From NCBI RefSeq assembly GCF_044704955.1, contig NC_092010.1:6634001-6698000 (forward strand): 64,000 bases of DNA. The letters are read 5' to 3'. The notes under the pieces are model-generated. The model saw only the letters and a list, made by a program, of their open reading frames with translations, had not been told where the DNA came from and ran no database searches. The translations under genes were made by a program, and so were the position numbers. This document shows positions 48,850 through 59,352 of this stretch, in pieces. Source of the stretch: Pristiophorus japonicus (Eukaryota). Each line of letters begins with the position of its first letter. Within the stretch, counting starts at the first letter, position 1.

Positions 48850-50075
48850 GGGCTCGAGGGCAGGTGGTAGAGAGTTGTGGTGAATGGTTGTTGGGAAGGA
48901 TACTGTGGTGTTCCCCAGGGGTCAGTATTTGGACCACTGCTATTTTTGATATTTTATCATCATAGGCGGTCCCTCAAAGTGAGGATGACTTGCTTCCATG
49001 CCAAAAGGGATGAGTTCACAGATGTTTCAATGAAGGACCTAATATTCCAGGTCCTGAACTACGTGTTGAAGGGTGGAAGATGCCTGTGGGTGGATTTTTT
49101 TAACGTGTGGTGACCGTTGCACACCAGCCACCACACGAGCTTGACAGAGCTAGGTCTTGGTCCAGTGGCAAGGATTAACCTGGACACCTGGAGACCAGCT
49201 CTGCTGCACGGACCTAGTGCGCACATATCGCAGTGTGGGCTGGCCCATGCTGCCCTGGGGCCCTCGCCTCTCCTGGGCCCCGAATGGTGGACCTGGGTAT
49301 ACAGTGTTTGCAGATGACACAAAACTCGGAAATGTAGCAAACAGTGAAGAGGACATAGACAGACTGGAAAGATGGGCAGAAACATGGCGGATGAAATTTA
49401 ACACCGAGAAGTGTGAAGTGATGCATTTTGGTAGGAAGAATGAGGAGAAGCAATAAAAACTAAAGGGTGCAGGGACAGAGTGACCTGCGGGTGTATGTAC
49501 ACATCATTGAAGGTGGCAGGACAGGCTGAGAAGGCTGTTTGGATAGAAAAGCACATGGGATCCTGAGTTTTATAAACTGAGGCACTTTAAGGAGGATGCC
49601 GAGGCCTTGGAGACGGTGCAGAGGAGATTTACTAGAATGGTACCTGGGATGTGGGGCTTCAGTTACGTGGAGAAGCCGGGCTTGTTCTCCTTGAAGCAGA
49701 CAAGATTAAGAGGAGATTTGATGGAGATATGCAAAATGATGAAGGGTTTTGATTGAGTAAATAAGGAGAAATTGTTTCCAGTGGCAGACGGGTCGTGAAC
49801 CAGAGGATATGTATTTAGGTTGATTGGCAAAAGAACCAGAGGGGGAGATGGGGAGAATGTGGTTACGCAGTGAGTTGTTGTGATCGGGAACGCGCTGCCT
49901 GAAAGGGCGGTGGGAGCAGATTCAATCGTAACTTTCAAACCGGGAATTGGAGAAATACTTACAGGGCTGTGGCGAAAGAACAGGGGAGTGGGACTAATGG
50001 ACAGCTCTTTCAAAGAGCTGGCACGGGTGTGATGGGCCGAGTGGCCTCCTGTACTGTATCATTCTATGATTCTAT
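48850..50075 (+). mobile_element. Decayed, 5'-truncated CR1 LINE, interrupted at 48957-49283 by another element
   Basis: RT motif GVPQGSVFGPLLFLI before the insert. FADDTKLGNVANSEEDIDRLERWAETWRMKFNTEKCEVMHFGRKN after it. Many stops and indels. 3' end GATGGGCCGAGTGGCCTCCT...ATTCTATGATTCTAT with an octamer tail. Confidence 0.88.
48957..49284 (-). mobile_element. Short interspersed element sharing the RTE-type 3' end, nested in the CR1
   Basis: Left end TCATCATAGGCGGTCCCTC..GAGGATGACTTGCTTCCA matches the RTE tail at 48620-48662 (TCATCATCGGCAGTCCCTC..GAGGAAGACTTGCTTCCA). The rest of the body is unrelated to the RTE fragment. A partial second copy lies at 59222-59350. Confidence 0.65.
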
Positions 50076-50476
50076 AGTAGATAAGCATGGGATAAAGAGC
50101 CCAAAATAGAGAGAATTTTGCTTCGAAGAAACCTTCTGTACACTACTAGAGGTGGCTGGTACGATGAGTGAGCTTTGAGCACTGTTGATCTCTGGGGTAT
50201 GTGGGAATCATGGTTTCTGAGGCTAATTTGGGATCGGAATCGGTCTGGCCCACTCTGCCAGTTTGAGGAACCCTGGGAATCTGAGGAAAGGGTGAGGAAC
50301 CCTTCCAAACCTTCCATCGGGTTCCTCACTGGAATCCAGAACCAATAGCCCTGTCTGCTTTTTCCAAACAGGGATTTATCTCGTCCTTTCTTAAACCAAG
50401 CTGCCCCTGCTGGGTCTGTTCAACAATTCTATCGCCCTCTTTATAAAAAAAAAATGAAATTTCCTACTTTCCTTTG

Positions 50477-50835
50477 AAAAGACAGACTTGCATTTCTACA
50501 ACACCTTTCATGACCTCAGGATGTCCCAAAGCGATTTTCCGGCCAATGAAGTACTTTTTGGAGTGTAGTCACTGTTGTAATGAAGGAAACGTGGCACAGC
50601 AAGCTCCCACAAACAGCAATGTGATAAATGCTTTTTAGTGATGTTGATCAAGGGATAAATATTGGCCAGGATACCGGGGATAATTCCCCTGCTCTTCTTC
50701 GAAATAGTGCCATGCAATCTTTTACATCCACCTGAGAGAGCAGGCGGGGCCTCGGTTTAACGTCTCATTCGAAAGACGGCACCTCCGACAGTGCAGCACT
50801 CCCTCAGTACTGCACTGGAGTGTCAGCCTAGATTT
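50477..50835 (-). mobile_element. Deu-domain SINE (SacSINE1/AmnSINE-like), 5'-truncated
   Basis: Reverse complement contains GCACTGTCGGAGGTGCCGTCTTTCGAATGAGACGTTAAACCGAGGCCCC...CATGGCACTATTTCGAAGAAGAGCAGGGG...CCTGGCCAATATT (Deu domain, from recall) and an L2-like tail. Second copy at 58551-58914. Confidence 0.8.
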
Positions 50836-50845
50836 ACAGTACTAA

Positions 50846-50939
50846 CCCTCCAACATTACAGCACTCCCTCAGCGCCGCCCCTCCGACAGCGCGGCGCTCC
50901 CTTAGCGCCGCCCCTCCGACAGCGCGGCGCTCCCTGAGC
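50846..50939. repeat. 33-bp tandem repeat (~3 copies) derived from the adjacent SINE
   Basis: Unit CCCTCCGACAGCGCGGCGCTCCCT[C/T]AGCGCCGC aligns to SINE segment CCTCCGACAGTGCAGCACTCCCTCAGTACTGC at ~50782-50813. Confidence 0.8.
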
Positions 50940-50959
50940 TGTGACTGACTTACTTCCTG

Positions 50960-51130
50960 TAATACGAGACCAAAACTGAACACAATGCACCAGATTTATC
51001 ATCATCCCGTTTGCTTTATAACTTGCACCGCGGGTTATACACCCGAATGTTTGCTTCCTTGACTGTCTATGAACACACTAAATCAATGGTTTTAATGACC
51101 AATACACCGAAAGGCCCCAATCTGTCTGCT
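50960..51130 (-). mobile_element. Possible ancient CR1 fragment
   Basis: GAGACCAAAACTGAACACAAT is the reverse complement of the CR1 CVQFWS-coding segment seen at ~53428-53448; the remainder is highly decayed. Confidence 0.35.
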
Positions 51131-52051
51131 GTTCTGTTGTTTCAGTCATATTACCATATGATGTGAGATCTCATTAATGAATTCGCTCGTGAGTTTGAGA
51201 ATGAACCTGGAAGAGCACGATCCTGTAGTGTCCATTTGGGATAAATTTGCTGGATGAAGTGGTTTTGAGGAAAGCACTAACATTTGCGGGTACATTGGCC
51301 CCAGGCAATGGTGCACTCACTTGCATTGCACTGGTCAGCCCAGCCCAGCCCATCACCGAGAGACTTGGCTGGCAAAGAACGGCAACTGTTCTCCAAGCTG
51401 TGCTGTACTAATCAAAATCATTTGAGTAGCAGGGGTGTTGGCTTGGCCTGTAGGTATGGCTAGAGGTTGGATTGGACAAGATTAAACTCTTGATCAAAGG
51501 TTAACAGAGATGTTGGCGAAGGGGAGCGTGATGCATTTTCCATTATAATCCAACTCTGATATGCTGGAGCTGAGAGACATTGTCTGCCTGGGGCTTCTCA
51601 GCAGCTATAATTTGAATTTAGTGGCCTGTGGATGCTTAGTAACTAGAATGGGGGAAGGTGGGGAGGGGAGGGAGAAGGGGTAGAGAGTTGGTGGGGGGTG
51701 GGTGGGGGAGAGGAGCTGGGAGGGCAATAATGATTGGAGGACATTTGTAACTTCGAGATCTCTGCAGATATCAGTGTTGGAGTTTTGTAATTGGCTCGAT
51801 CTCGCTCTCCCTCATCACTGATTAAAACGGTCACATATTTAACAATCAACAAAGCAGTTGATAATCTGAGGCATCTGAATTTCTTTCAAAAGTCAACTTG
51901 TTTTAAAGACTGCGAATAGAGGAGTGCCTCTCTCTCTCCTGCTGTCTCTGCTTATCGCAGCTTCTGAAATTTATAGAGCTTTAATAACTCACAAAAAACA
52001 CGACCAAAGCCGCAGCAGCTGTGTTATCAATACTGTCGGTCATTTTATTCA

Positions 52052-52195
52052 CACTCGCTCTCCCCCTCGCTCACCGCACCCCCTCCCCCCCCCCCCCGGA
52101 TCGCCCCCTCCCCTCCCCAGCTCGCCCTCTTTCCCCCCCCCCCCCCCCCGGGCTCGCCCTCTTCCCGCCCCCTCCCCCCACTCGCTCGCCCCTTG
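52052..52195. repeat. C-rich low-complexity tract
   Basis: Poly-C runs interspersed with CTCGC motifs, immediately 5' of the CR1. Confidence 0.8.
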
Positions 52196-52204
52196 CAGTC
52201 AGAT

Positions 52205-53974
52205 TCAGGTGAATTTATAATGGGGAACAAAGAAATGGCAGACCAATTGAACAAATACTTTGGTTCTGTCTTCGAAGGAAGACACAAATAACCTTCCGGA
52301 AATACTAGAGGACTGAGGGTCTGGTGAGAAGGAGGAACTGAAGGAAATCCTTATAAAGCGGGAAATTGTGTTCGGGAAATTGATGGGATTGAAGGCCGAT
52401 AAATCCCCGGGGCTTGATAGTCTGCATCCCAGAGTACTTGAGGAAGTGGCCCTAGAAATAGTGGATGCAATGGTGATCATTTTCCAACAGTCTATCAACT
52501 CTGGATCAGTTCCTATGGACTGGAGAGTAGCTAATGTAACACCACTTTTTAAATAAAGGAGGGAGAGAGAAAACGGGTAATTATAGACCGGTTAGCCTGA
52601 CATCGGTAGTGGGGAAAATGTTGGAATCAATCATTAAGGATGAAATAGCAGCACATTTGGAAAGCAGTGACAGGATCGGTCCAAGTCAGCATGGATTTAT
52701 GAAAGGGAAATCATGCTTGACAAATCTTCTGGAATTTTTTGAGGATGTAACTAGTAGAGTGGACAAGGGAGAACCAGTGGATGTGGTGTATTTGGACTTT
52801 CAAAAGGCTTTTGACAAAGTCCCACACGAGATTGGTGTGCAAAATTAAAGCACATCGTATTGGGGGTAATGCACGTGGATAGAGAACTGGTTGGCAGACA
52901 GGAAGCAGAGAGTCGGGATAAATGGGTCCTTTTCAGAATGGCAGGCAGTGACTAGTGGAGTGCAACAGGGCTCAGTGCTGGGACCCCAGCTATTTACAAC
53001 ATACACTCAATTCCTTCATTTAAATCATTAATGTAATATCTCCAAGTTTGCAGATGACACTAAACTGTGGGTGGCGGTGTGAGCTGTGAGGGGGATGCAA
53101 AGAGGCTGCAGGGTGACTTGAACAGGTTAGTTGAGTGGGCAAATGCATGGCAGATGCAGTATACTGTGGATAAATGTGAGGTTATCCATTTTGGGGGCAA
53201 AAACACGAAGGCAGAATATTATCTGAATGGCGGCAGATTATGAAAAGGGGAGATGCAACAAGACCTGGGTCTCATTGTACATCAGTCATTGAAAGTTGGC
53301 ATGCAGGTACAGCAGGTGGTGAAGAAGGCAAATGGTATGTTGGCCTTCATAGCTAGGGGATTTAAGTAGAGGAGCAGGGAGGTCTTACTGCAGTTGTACA
53401 GGGCCTTGGTGAGGCCTCACCTGGAATATTGTGTTCAGTTTTGGTCTCCTAATCTGAGGAAGGACGTTCTTGCTATTGAGGGAGTGCAGCAAAGGTTCAC
53501 CAGACTGATTCCTGGGATGGCTGGACTGTCATATGAGGAGAGACTGGATCAACTGGGCCTCTATTCACTGGAGTTTAGAAGGATGAGAGGGGATCTCAGA
53601 AACGTATAAGATTCTGACAGGACTGGACAGGTTAGATGCAGGAAGAATGATCCCGCTGTTGGGGAAGTCCAGAACCAGGGGACATAGTCTGAGGAGAAGG
53701 GGGAAGCCATTTAGGACTGAGATGAGGAGAAACTTCTTCACTCAGAGAGTTGTTAACCTGTGGACTGCCCGACCGCAGAGAGTTGTTGATGCCAGTTCAT
53801 TGGATATATTGAAGAGGGAGTTAGATGGTGGCCCTTCTGGCTAACGGGTTCAAGGGGTATGGAGAGAAGGCAGGAAAGGGGTACTGAGGTGAAAGTTCAG
53901 CCATGATCTTATTGAATGGTGGTGCAGGCTCGAAGGATCGAATTGCCTACTCCTGTACCTATTTTCTATGTTTC
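52205..53974 (+). mobile_element. 5'-truncated CR1 LINE (ORF2 RT region plus 3' UTR), inactivated
   Basis: Motifs [89 protein letters not shown] and FFTQRVVNLW, with frameshifts and stops. 3' UTR CAGCCATGATCTTATTGAATGG...TTTCTATGTTTCT. Confidence 0.95.
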
Positions 53975-54375
53975 TCTCTCTGTCTGTCCGTCTCTCTGTC
54001 TGTCTGTCCGTCTCTCTGTCTGTCTGTCCGTCTCTCTCTCTCTCTCTGTCTGTCCGTCTCTCTCTCTCTCTGTCTGTCCGTCTCTCTCTTCTNNNNNNNN
54101 NNNNNNNNNNNNNNNNNNNNNNNNNNNNNNNNNNNNNNNNNNNNNNNNNNNNNNNNNNNNNNNNNNNNNNNNNNNNNNNNNNNNNNNNNNNNNNNNNNNN
54201 NNNNNNNNNNNNNNNNNNNNNNNNNNNNNNNNNNNNNNNNNNNNNNNNNNNNNNNNNNNNNNNNNNNNNNNNNNNNNNNNNNNNNNNNNNNNNNNNNNNN
54301 NNNNNNNNNNNNNNNNNNNNNTCTCTCTCTCTCGCTCTGTCTGTCCGTCTCTCTCTCTCTCGCTCTGTTTGTCCG

Positions 54376-54406
<31 letters not shown>

Positions 54407-54668
54407 CTGTCTGTCCGTCTCTCTCTCTCTCGCTCTGTCTGTCCGTCTCTCTCTCTCTCGCTCTGTCTGTCCGTCTCTCTCTCTCGCTCTGTTTGTCCGT
54501 CTCTCTCTCTCTCTCGCTGTCTGTCCATCTCTCTCTCTCTCTCGCTCTGTTTGTCCGTCTCTCTCTCCCTCTCTCTCTCTCTCGCTCTGTCTGTCCGTCT
54601 CTCTCTCTCTCGCTCTGTCTGTCCGTCTCTCTCTCTCTCGCTCTGTTTGTCCGTCTCTCTCTCTCTCT
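53972..54668. repeat. Compound (TC)n/TCTG/TCCG microsatellite at the CR1 tail
   Basis: Units of (TC)n-[GC]TCTGTCTGTCCG occur on both sides of the gap. Confidence 0.95.
54093..54321. other. Assembly gap (229 N)
   Basis: Run of N. Confidence 1.
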
Positions 54669-57600
54669 CGCGCCCTGCCTGTCCGCCTCGCGCCCTGCCT
54701 GTCCCCCTCGCGCCCTGCCTGTCCGCCTCGCGCCCTCGCGCCCTCGAGCCCTGCTTCGCGCCCTGCCTGCCCTGCCTGTCCCCCTCGCGCCCTCGAGCCC
54801 TGCTTCGCGCCCTCGCGCCCTGCCTGTCCCCCTCGCGCCCTCGCGCCCTGCCTGTCCCCCTCGCGCCCTGCCTGTCCCCCTCGCGCCCTGCCTGTCCCCC
54901 TCGCGCCCTGCCTGTCCCCCTCGCGCCCTGCCTGTCCCCCTCGCGCCCTGCCTGTCCCCCTCGCGCCCTGCCTGTCCCCCTCGCGCCCTGCCTGTCCCCC
55001 TCGCGCCCTGCCTGTCCCCCTCGCGCCCTGCCTGTCCCCCTCGCGCCCTGCCTGTCCCCCTCGCGCCCTGCCTGTCCCCCTCGCGCCCTGCCTGTCCCCC
55101 TCGCGCCCTGCCTGTCCCCCTCGCGCCCTGCCTGTCCCCCTCGCGCCCTGCCTGTCCCCCTCGCGCCCTGCCTGTCCCCCTCGCGCCCTGCCTGTCCCCC
55201 TCGCGCCCTGCCTGTCCCCCTCGCGCCCTGCCTGTCCCCCTCGCGCCCTGCCTGTCCCCCTCGCGCCCTGCCTGTCCCCCTCGCGCCCTGCCTGTCCCCC
55301 TCGCGCCCTGCCTGTCCCCCTCGCGCCCTGCCTGTCCCCCTCGCGCCCTGCCTGTCCCCCTCGCGCCCTGCCTGTCCCCCTCGCGCCCTGCCTGTCCCCC
55401 TCGCGCCCTGCCTGTCCCCCTCGCGCCCTGCCTGTCCCCCTCGCGCCCTGCCTGTCCCCCTCGCGCCCTGCCTGTCCCCCTCGCGCCCTGCCTGTCCCCC
55501 TCGCGCCCTGCCTGTCCCCCTCGCGCCCTGCCTGTCCCCCTCGCGCCCTGCCTGTCCCCCTCGCGCCCTGCCTGTCCCCCTCGCGCCCTGCCTGTCCCCC
55601 TCGCGCCCTGCCTGTCCCCCTCGCGCCCTGCCTGTCCCCCTCGCGCCCTGCCTGTCCCCCTCGCGCCCTGCCTGTCCCCCTCGCGCCCTGCCTGTCCCCC
55701 TCGCGCCCTGCCTGTCCCCCTCGCGCCCTGCCTGTCCCCCTCGCGCCCTGCCTGTCCCCCTCGCGCCCTGCCTGTCCCCCTCGCGCCCTGCCTGTCCCCC
55801 TCGCGCCCTGCCTGTCCCCCTCGCGCCCTGCCTGTCCCCCTCGCGCCCTGCCTGTCCCCCTCGCGCCCTGCCTGTCCCCCTCGCGCCCTGCCTGTCCCCC
55901 TCGCGCCCTGCCTGTCCCCCTCGCGCCCTGCCTGTCCCCCTCGCGCCCTGCCTGTCCCCCTCGCGCCCTGCCTGTCCCCCTCGCGCCCTGCCTGTCCCCC
56001 TCGCGCCCTGCCTGTCCCCCTCGCGCCCTGCCTGTCCCCCTCGCGCCCTGCCTGTCCCCCTCGCGCCCTGCCTGTCCCCCTCGCGCCCTGCCTGTCCCCC
56101 TCGCGCCCTGCCTGTCCCCCTCGCGCCCTGCCTGTCCCCCTCGCGCCCTGCCTGTCCCCCTCGCGCCCTGCCTGTCCCCCTCGCGCCCTGCCTGTCCCCC
56201 TCGCGCCCTGCCTGTCCCCCTCGCGCCCTGCCTGTCCCCCTCGCGCCCTGCCTGTCCCCCTCGCGCCCTGCCTGTCCCCCTCGCGCCCTGCCTGTCCCCC
56301 TCGCGCCCTGCCTGTCCCCCTCGCGCCCTGCCTGTCCCCCTCGCGCCCTGCCTGTCCCCCTCGCGCCCTGCCTGTCCCCCTCGCGCCCTGCCTGTCCCCC
56401 TCGCGCCCTGCCTGTCCCCCTCGCGCCCTGCCTGTCCCCCTCGCGCCCTGCCTGTCCCCCTCGCGCCCTGCCTGTCCCCCTCGCGCCCTGCCTGTCCCCC
56501 TCGCGCCCTGCCTGTCCCCCTCGCGCCCTGCCTGTCCCCCTCGCGCCCTGCCTGTCCCCCTCGCGCCCTGCCTGTCCCCCTCGCGCCCTGCCTGTCCCCC
56601 TCGCGCCCTGCCTCGCGCCCTCGCGCCCTGCCTGTCCGCCTCGCCCCCTCGCGCCCTGCCTGTCCGCCTCGCGCCCTGCCTGTCCGCCTCGCGCCCTGCC
56701 TGTCCGCCTCGCGCCCTCGCCCCCTGCCTGTCCGCCTCGCGTCCTCGCCCCCTGCCTGTCCGCCTCGCGCCCTGCCTGTCCGCCTCGCCCCCTCGCGCCC
56801 TGCCTGTCCGCCTCGCCCCCTCGCGCCCTGCCTGTCCGCCTCGCCCCCTCGCGCCCTGCCTGTCCGCCTCGCCCCCTCGCGCCCTGCCTGTCCGCCTCGC
56901 CCCCTCGCGCCCTGCCTGTCCGCCTCGCCCCCTCGCGCCCTGCCTGTCCGCCTCGCGCCCTGCCTGTCCGCCTCGCGCCCTGCCTGTCCGCCTCGCGCCC
57001 TGCCTGTCCGCCTCGCGCCCTGCCTGTCCGCCTCGCGCCCTGCCTGTCCGCCTCGCGCCCTGCCTGTCCGCCTCGCGCCCTGCCTGTCCGCCTCGCGCCC
57101 TGCCTGTCCGCCTCGCGCCCTGCCTGTCCGCCTCGCGCCCTGCCTGTCCGCCTCGCGCCCTGCCTGTCCGCCTCGCGCCCTGCCTGTCCGCCTCGCGCCC
57201 TGCCTGTCCGCCTCGCGCCCTGCCTGTCCGCCTCGCGCCCTGCCTGTCCGCCTCGTGCCCTGCCTCGCGCCCTGCCTGTCCGCCTCGCGCCCTCGCGCCC
57301 TGCCTGTCCGCCTCGCGCCCTCGCGCCCTGCCTCGCGCCCTCGCGCCCTGCCTGTCCGCCTCGCGCCCTGCCTGTCCGCCTCGCGCCCTCGCGCCCTGCC
57401 TGTCCGCCTCGCGCCCTCGCGCCCTGCCTGTCCGCCTCGCGCCCTCGCGCCCTGCCTGTCCGCCTCGCGCCCTCGCGCCCTGCCTGTCCCCCTCGCCCCC
57501 TGCCCGTCCGCCTCGCGCCCTCGCCCCCTGCCCGTCCGCCTCGCCCCCTGCCCGTCCGCCTCGCGCCCTCGCGCCCTGCCCGTCCGCCTCGCGCCCTCGC

Positions 57601-58055
57601 GCCCTGCCCGTCCGCCTCGCGCCCTCGCGCCCTGCCCGTCCGCCTCGCGCCCTCGCGCCCTGCCCGTCCGCCTCGCGCCCTCGCGCCCTGCCCGTCCGCC
57701 TCGCGCCCTCGCGCCCTGCCCGTCCGCCTCGCGCCCTCGCGCCCTGCCCGTCCGCCTCGCGCCCTGCCCGTCCGCCTCGCGCCCTGCCCGTCCGCCTCGC
57801 GCCCTCGCGCCCTGCCCGTCCGCCTCGCGCCCTCGCGCCCTGCCCGTCCGCCTCGCGCCCTCGCGCCCTGCCCGTCCGCCTCGCGCCCTGCCCGTCCGCC
57901 TCGCGCCCTCGCGCCCTGCCCGTCCGCCTCGCGCCCTCGCGCCCTGCCCGTCCGCCTCGCGCCCTCGCGCCCTGCCCGTCCCCCTCGCGCCCTGCCCGTC
58001 CCCCTCGCGCCCTGCCCGTCCCCCTCGCCCCCTGCCTGTCCCCCTCGCGCCCTCG
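54667..58055. repeat. 20-bp C-rich minisatellite TCGCGCCCTGCCTGTCC[C/G]CC
   Basis: 88 perfect copies at 54841-56600, then a GTCCGCC variant block (~56933-57252), then 28-bp units (extra TCGCGCCC) carrying CCCGTCC. Confidence 0.98.
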
Positions 58056-58550
58056 CTCTCTGTTGGAACTTCACGCAACATAATTTAAAATGAATAAAAC
58101 TTGAAAAATTTGCACTCCAGCATTTCTTCGAATCATTCTGTTGAAAAAAAAAACAGATTCTATTCCCGTGCTTCTGTCAGATTCTCTGAATCGGCTTGCT
58201 AAGTGCTGCTGGAGCATCTGTCTAAGCGTATCAAATCCAAACCCAGGCTTTTGGGAGAGCTGGGCCTCAGTTTTAAAAAAAAACCTCAGGAGTACCTTAA
58301 GATATAATTGAGTGGGTGAACTTAATTATGTTACTATGGAAGATGTCGTTTTTTATTTTGTTAAAGCTTATTTTGGACATCAGAAATTTCAGTTCCAGAG
58401 GGGAAAAAATGGCAGCTGAAATTTGAATTGAAAAGCATTTGCGTGATTGGATTAGTTCATCATCAAACCATGATGGCAAGACTTGACGTCAGGATTTCCA
58501 GTATAAATGTTGATTTTGGCCATTTCAATCTTAAATGTTGACAAAATAGT

Positions 58551-58914
58551 GACCCACTCCAGAAACTTGAAACAAAAATCTAGGTTGACACTCCAGTGCA
58601 GTGCTGAGGGAGTGCTGCACTGTCGGAGATGCCGTCTTTCAGATGAGGTGTTAAACCGAGGCCCCGTCTACTCTATGAAGAGGATGTAAAAGATACCAGG
58701 GCACTATTTCAAAGAAGAGCAGGGGAGTTCTCCCCGGTGTCCTGGCCGATATTTAGCAGCATAACAGAAACAAATTATCTAGTCATTTATCAGATTGCTG
58801 TTTGTGGGAGCTTGCTGTGCGCAAATTGGCTGCTGCTTTTCCTCATTGGCTGTAAAGCGCTTTGGGACGTCCGGTTGTCGTGAAAGGCGCGATAGAAATG
58901 CGAGTCTTTCTTTT
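58551..58914 (+). mobile_element. Deu-domain SINE, second copy
   Basis: AAATCTAGGTTGACACTCCAGTGCAGTGCTGAGGGAGTGCTGCACTGTCGGAGATGCCGTCTTTCAGATGAG...TGTAAAGCGCTTTGGGACGTCC..GTGAAAGGCGCGATAGAAATGCGAGTCTTTCTTTT; inverted relative to 50477-50835. Confidence 0.8.
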
Positions 58915-59024
58915 CACCAAGGAAGGTTTGTGGGTGGGAAGTGCATGTGAGGTTTTGAATAATGTATATGATTGAAAAATGGTCCCAAATGAACATGGTA
59001 TTTCTGCTATGACTTTACCGTCAG

Positions 59025-59151
59025 AATTATCCAGATAAAGCTCGGAATTTGGAGTCCTGCCCTTTCAACGCAAGACACCGGATCCCTAAAGCAGAGATGA
59101 AGCACCATATCACGAATTGTGTGGACAAGAAAACTATTGAGGGAGATTTTG
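59025..59151 (+). CDS. gtsf1: GTSF1 coding exon B: CHHC zinc finger 2, NYPDKARNLESCPFNARHRIPKAEMKHHITNCVDKKTIEGDF
   Basis: Acceptor CCGTCAG ends at 59024, phase 0 matching exon A. Donor G|GTAAGG at 59152, phase 1. Spacing C-x5-H-x9-H-x3-C. Matches recalled [34 protein letters not shown]. Confidence 0.95.
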
Positions 59152-59187
59152 GTAAGGAAAGAGATGTTGTTCTACATACTGTGCTCT

Positions 59188-59225
59188 TCTGCTGCTGCTG
59201 CTGCTGCTTCTACTGCTACTTCTAC
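59188..59225. repeat. (CTG)n/(CTA/CTT) triplet microsatellite
   Basis: CTGCTGCTGCTGCTGCTGCTTCTACTGCTACTTCTAC. Confidence 0.8.
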
Positions 59226-59350
59226 ATCTTGAAGGTTGGGAGGTGCTTGACCGAGTGCGTGCACATATCGCAGTGTGGGCTGGCCCGTGCTGCCCCTGGG
59301 CCCTCTCCTCTGCTGGGCCCCGAACTCACGCCTCTCCTGGGCCCCGATCA
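59222..59350 (-). mobile_element. Internally deleted copy of the element at 48957-49284
   Basis: Shares CTAC..TTGAAGG.TGG.AG.TGC.TG and GCACATATCGCAGTGTGGGCTGGCCC.TGCTGCCC...CCTCTCCTGGGCCCCGA. Confidence 0.65.
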
Positions 59351-59352
59351 CG

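Noticed and set aside
52205-53974. Active reverse transcriptase gene
   Set aside because: 5'-truncated, with multiple stops and frameshifts.
53903-58093. ~1370-1396-aa ORFs in five frames
   Set aside because: Translations of a stop-free microsatellite, the N gap and the 20-bp minisatellite.
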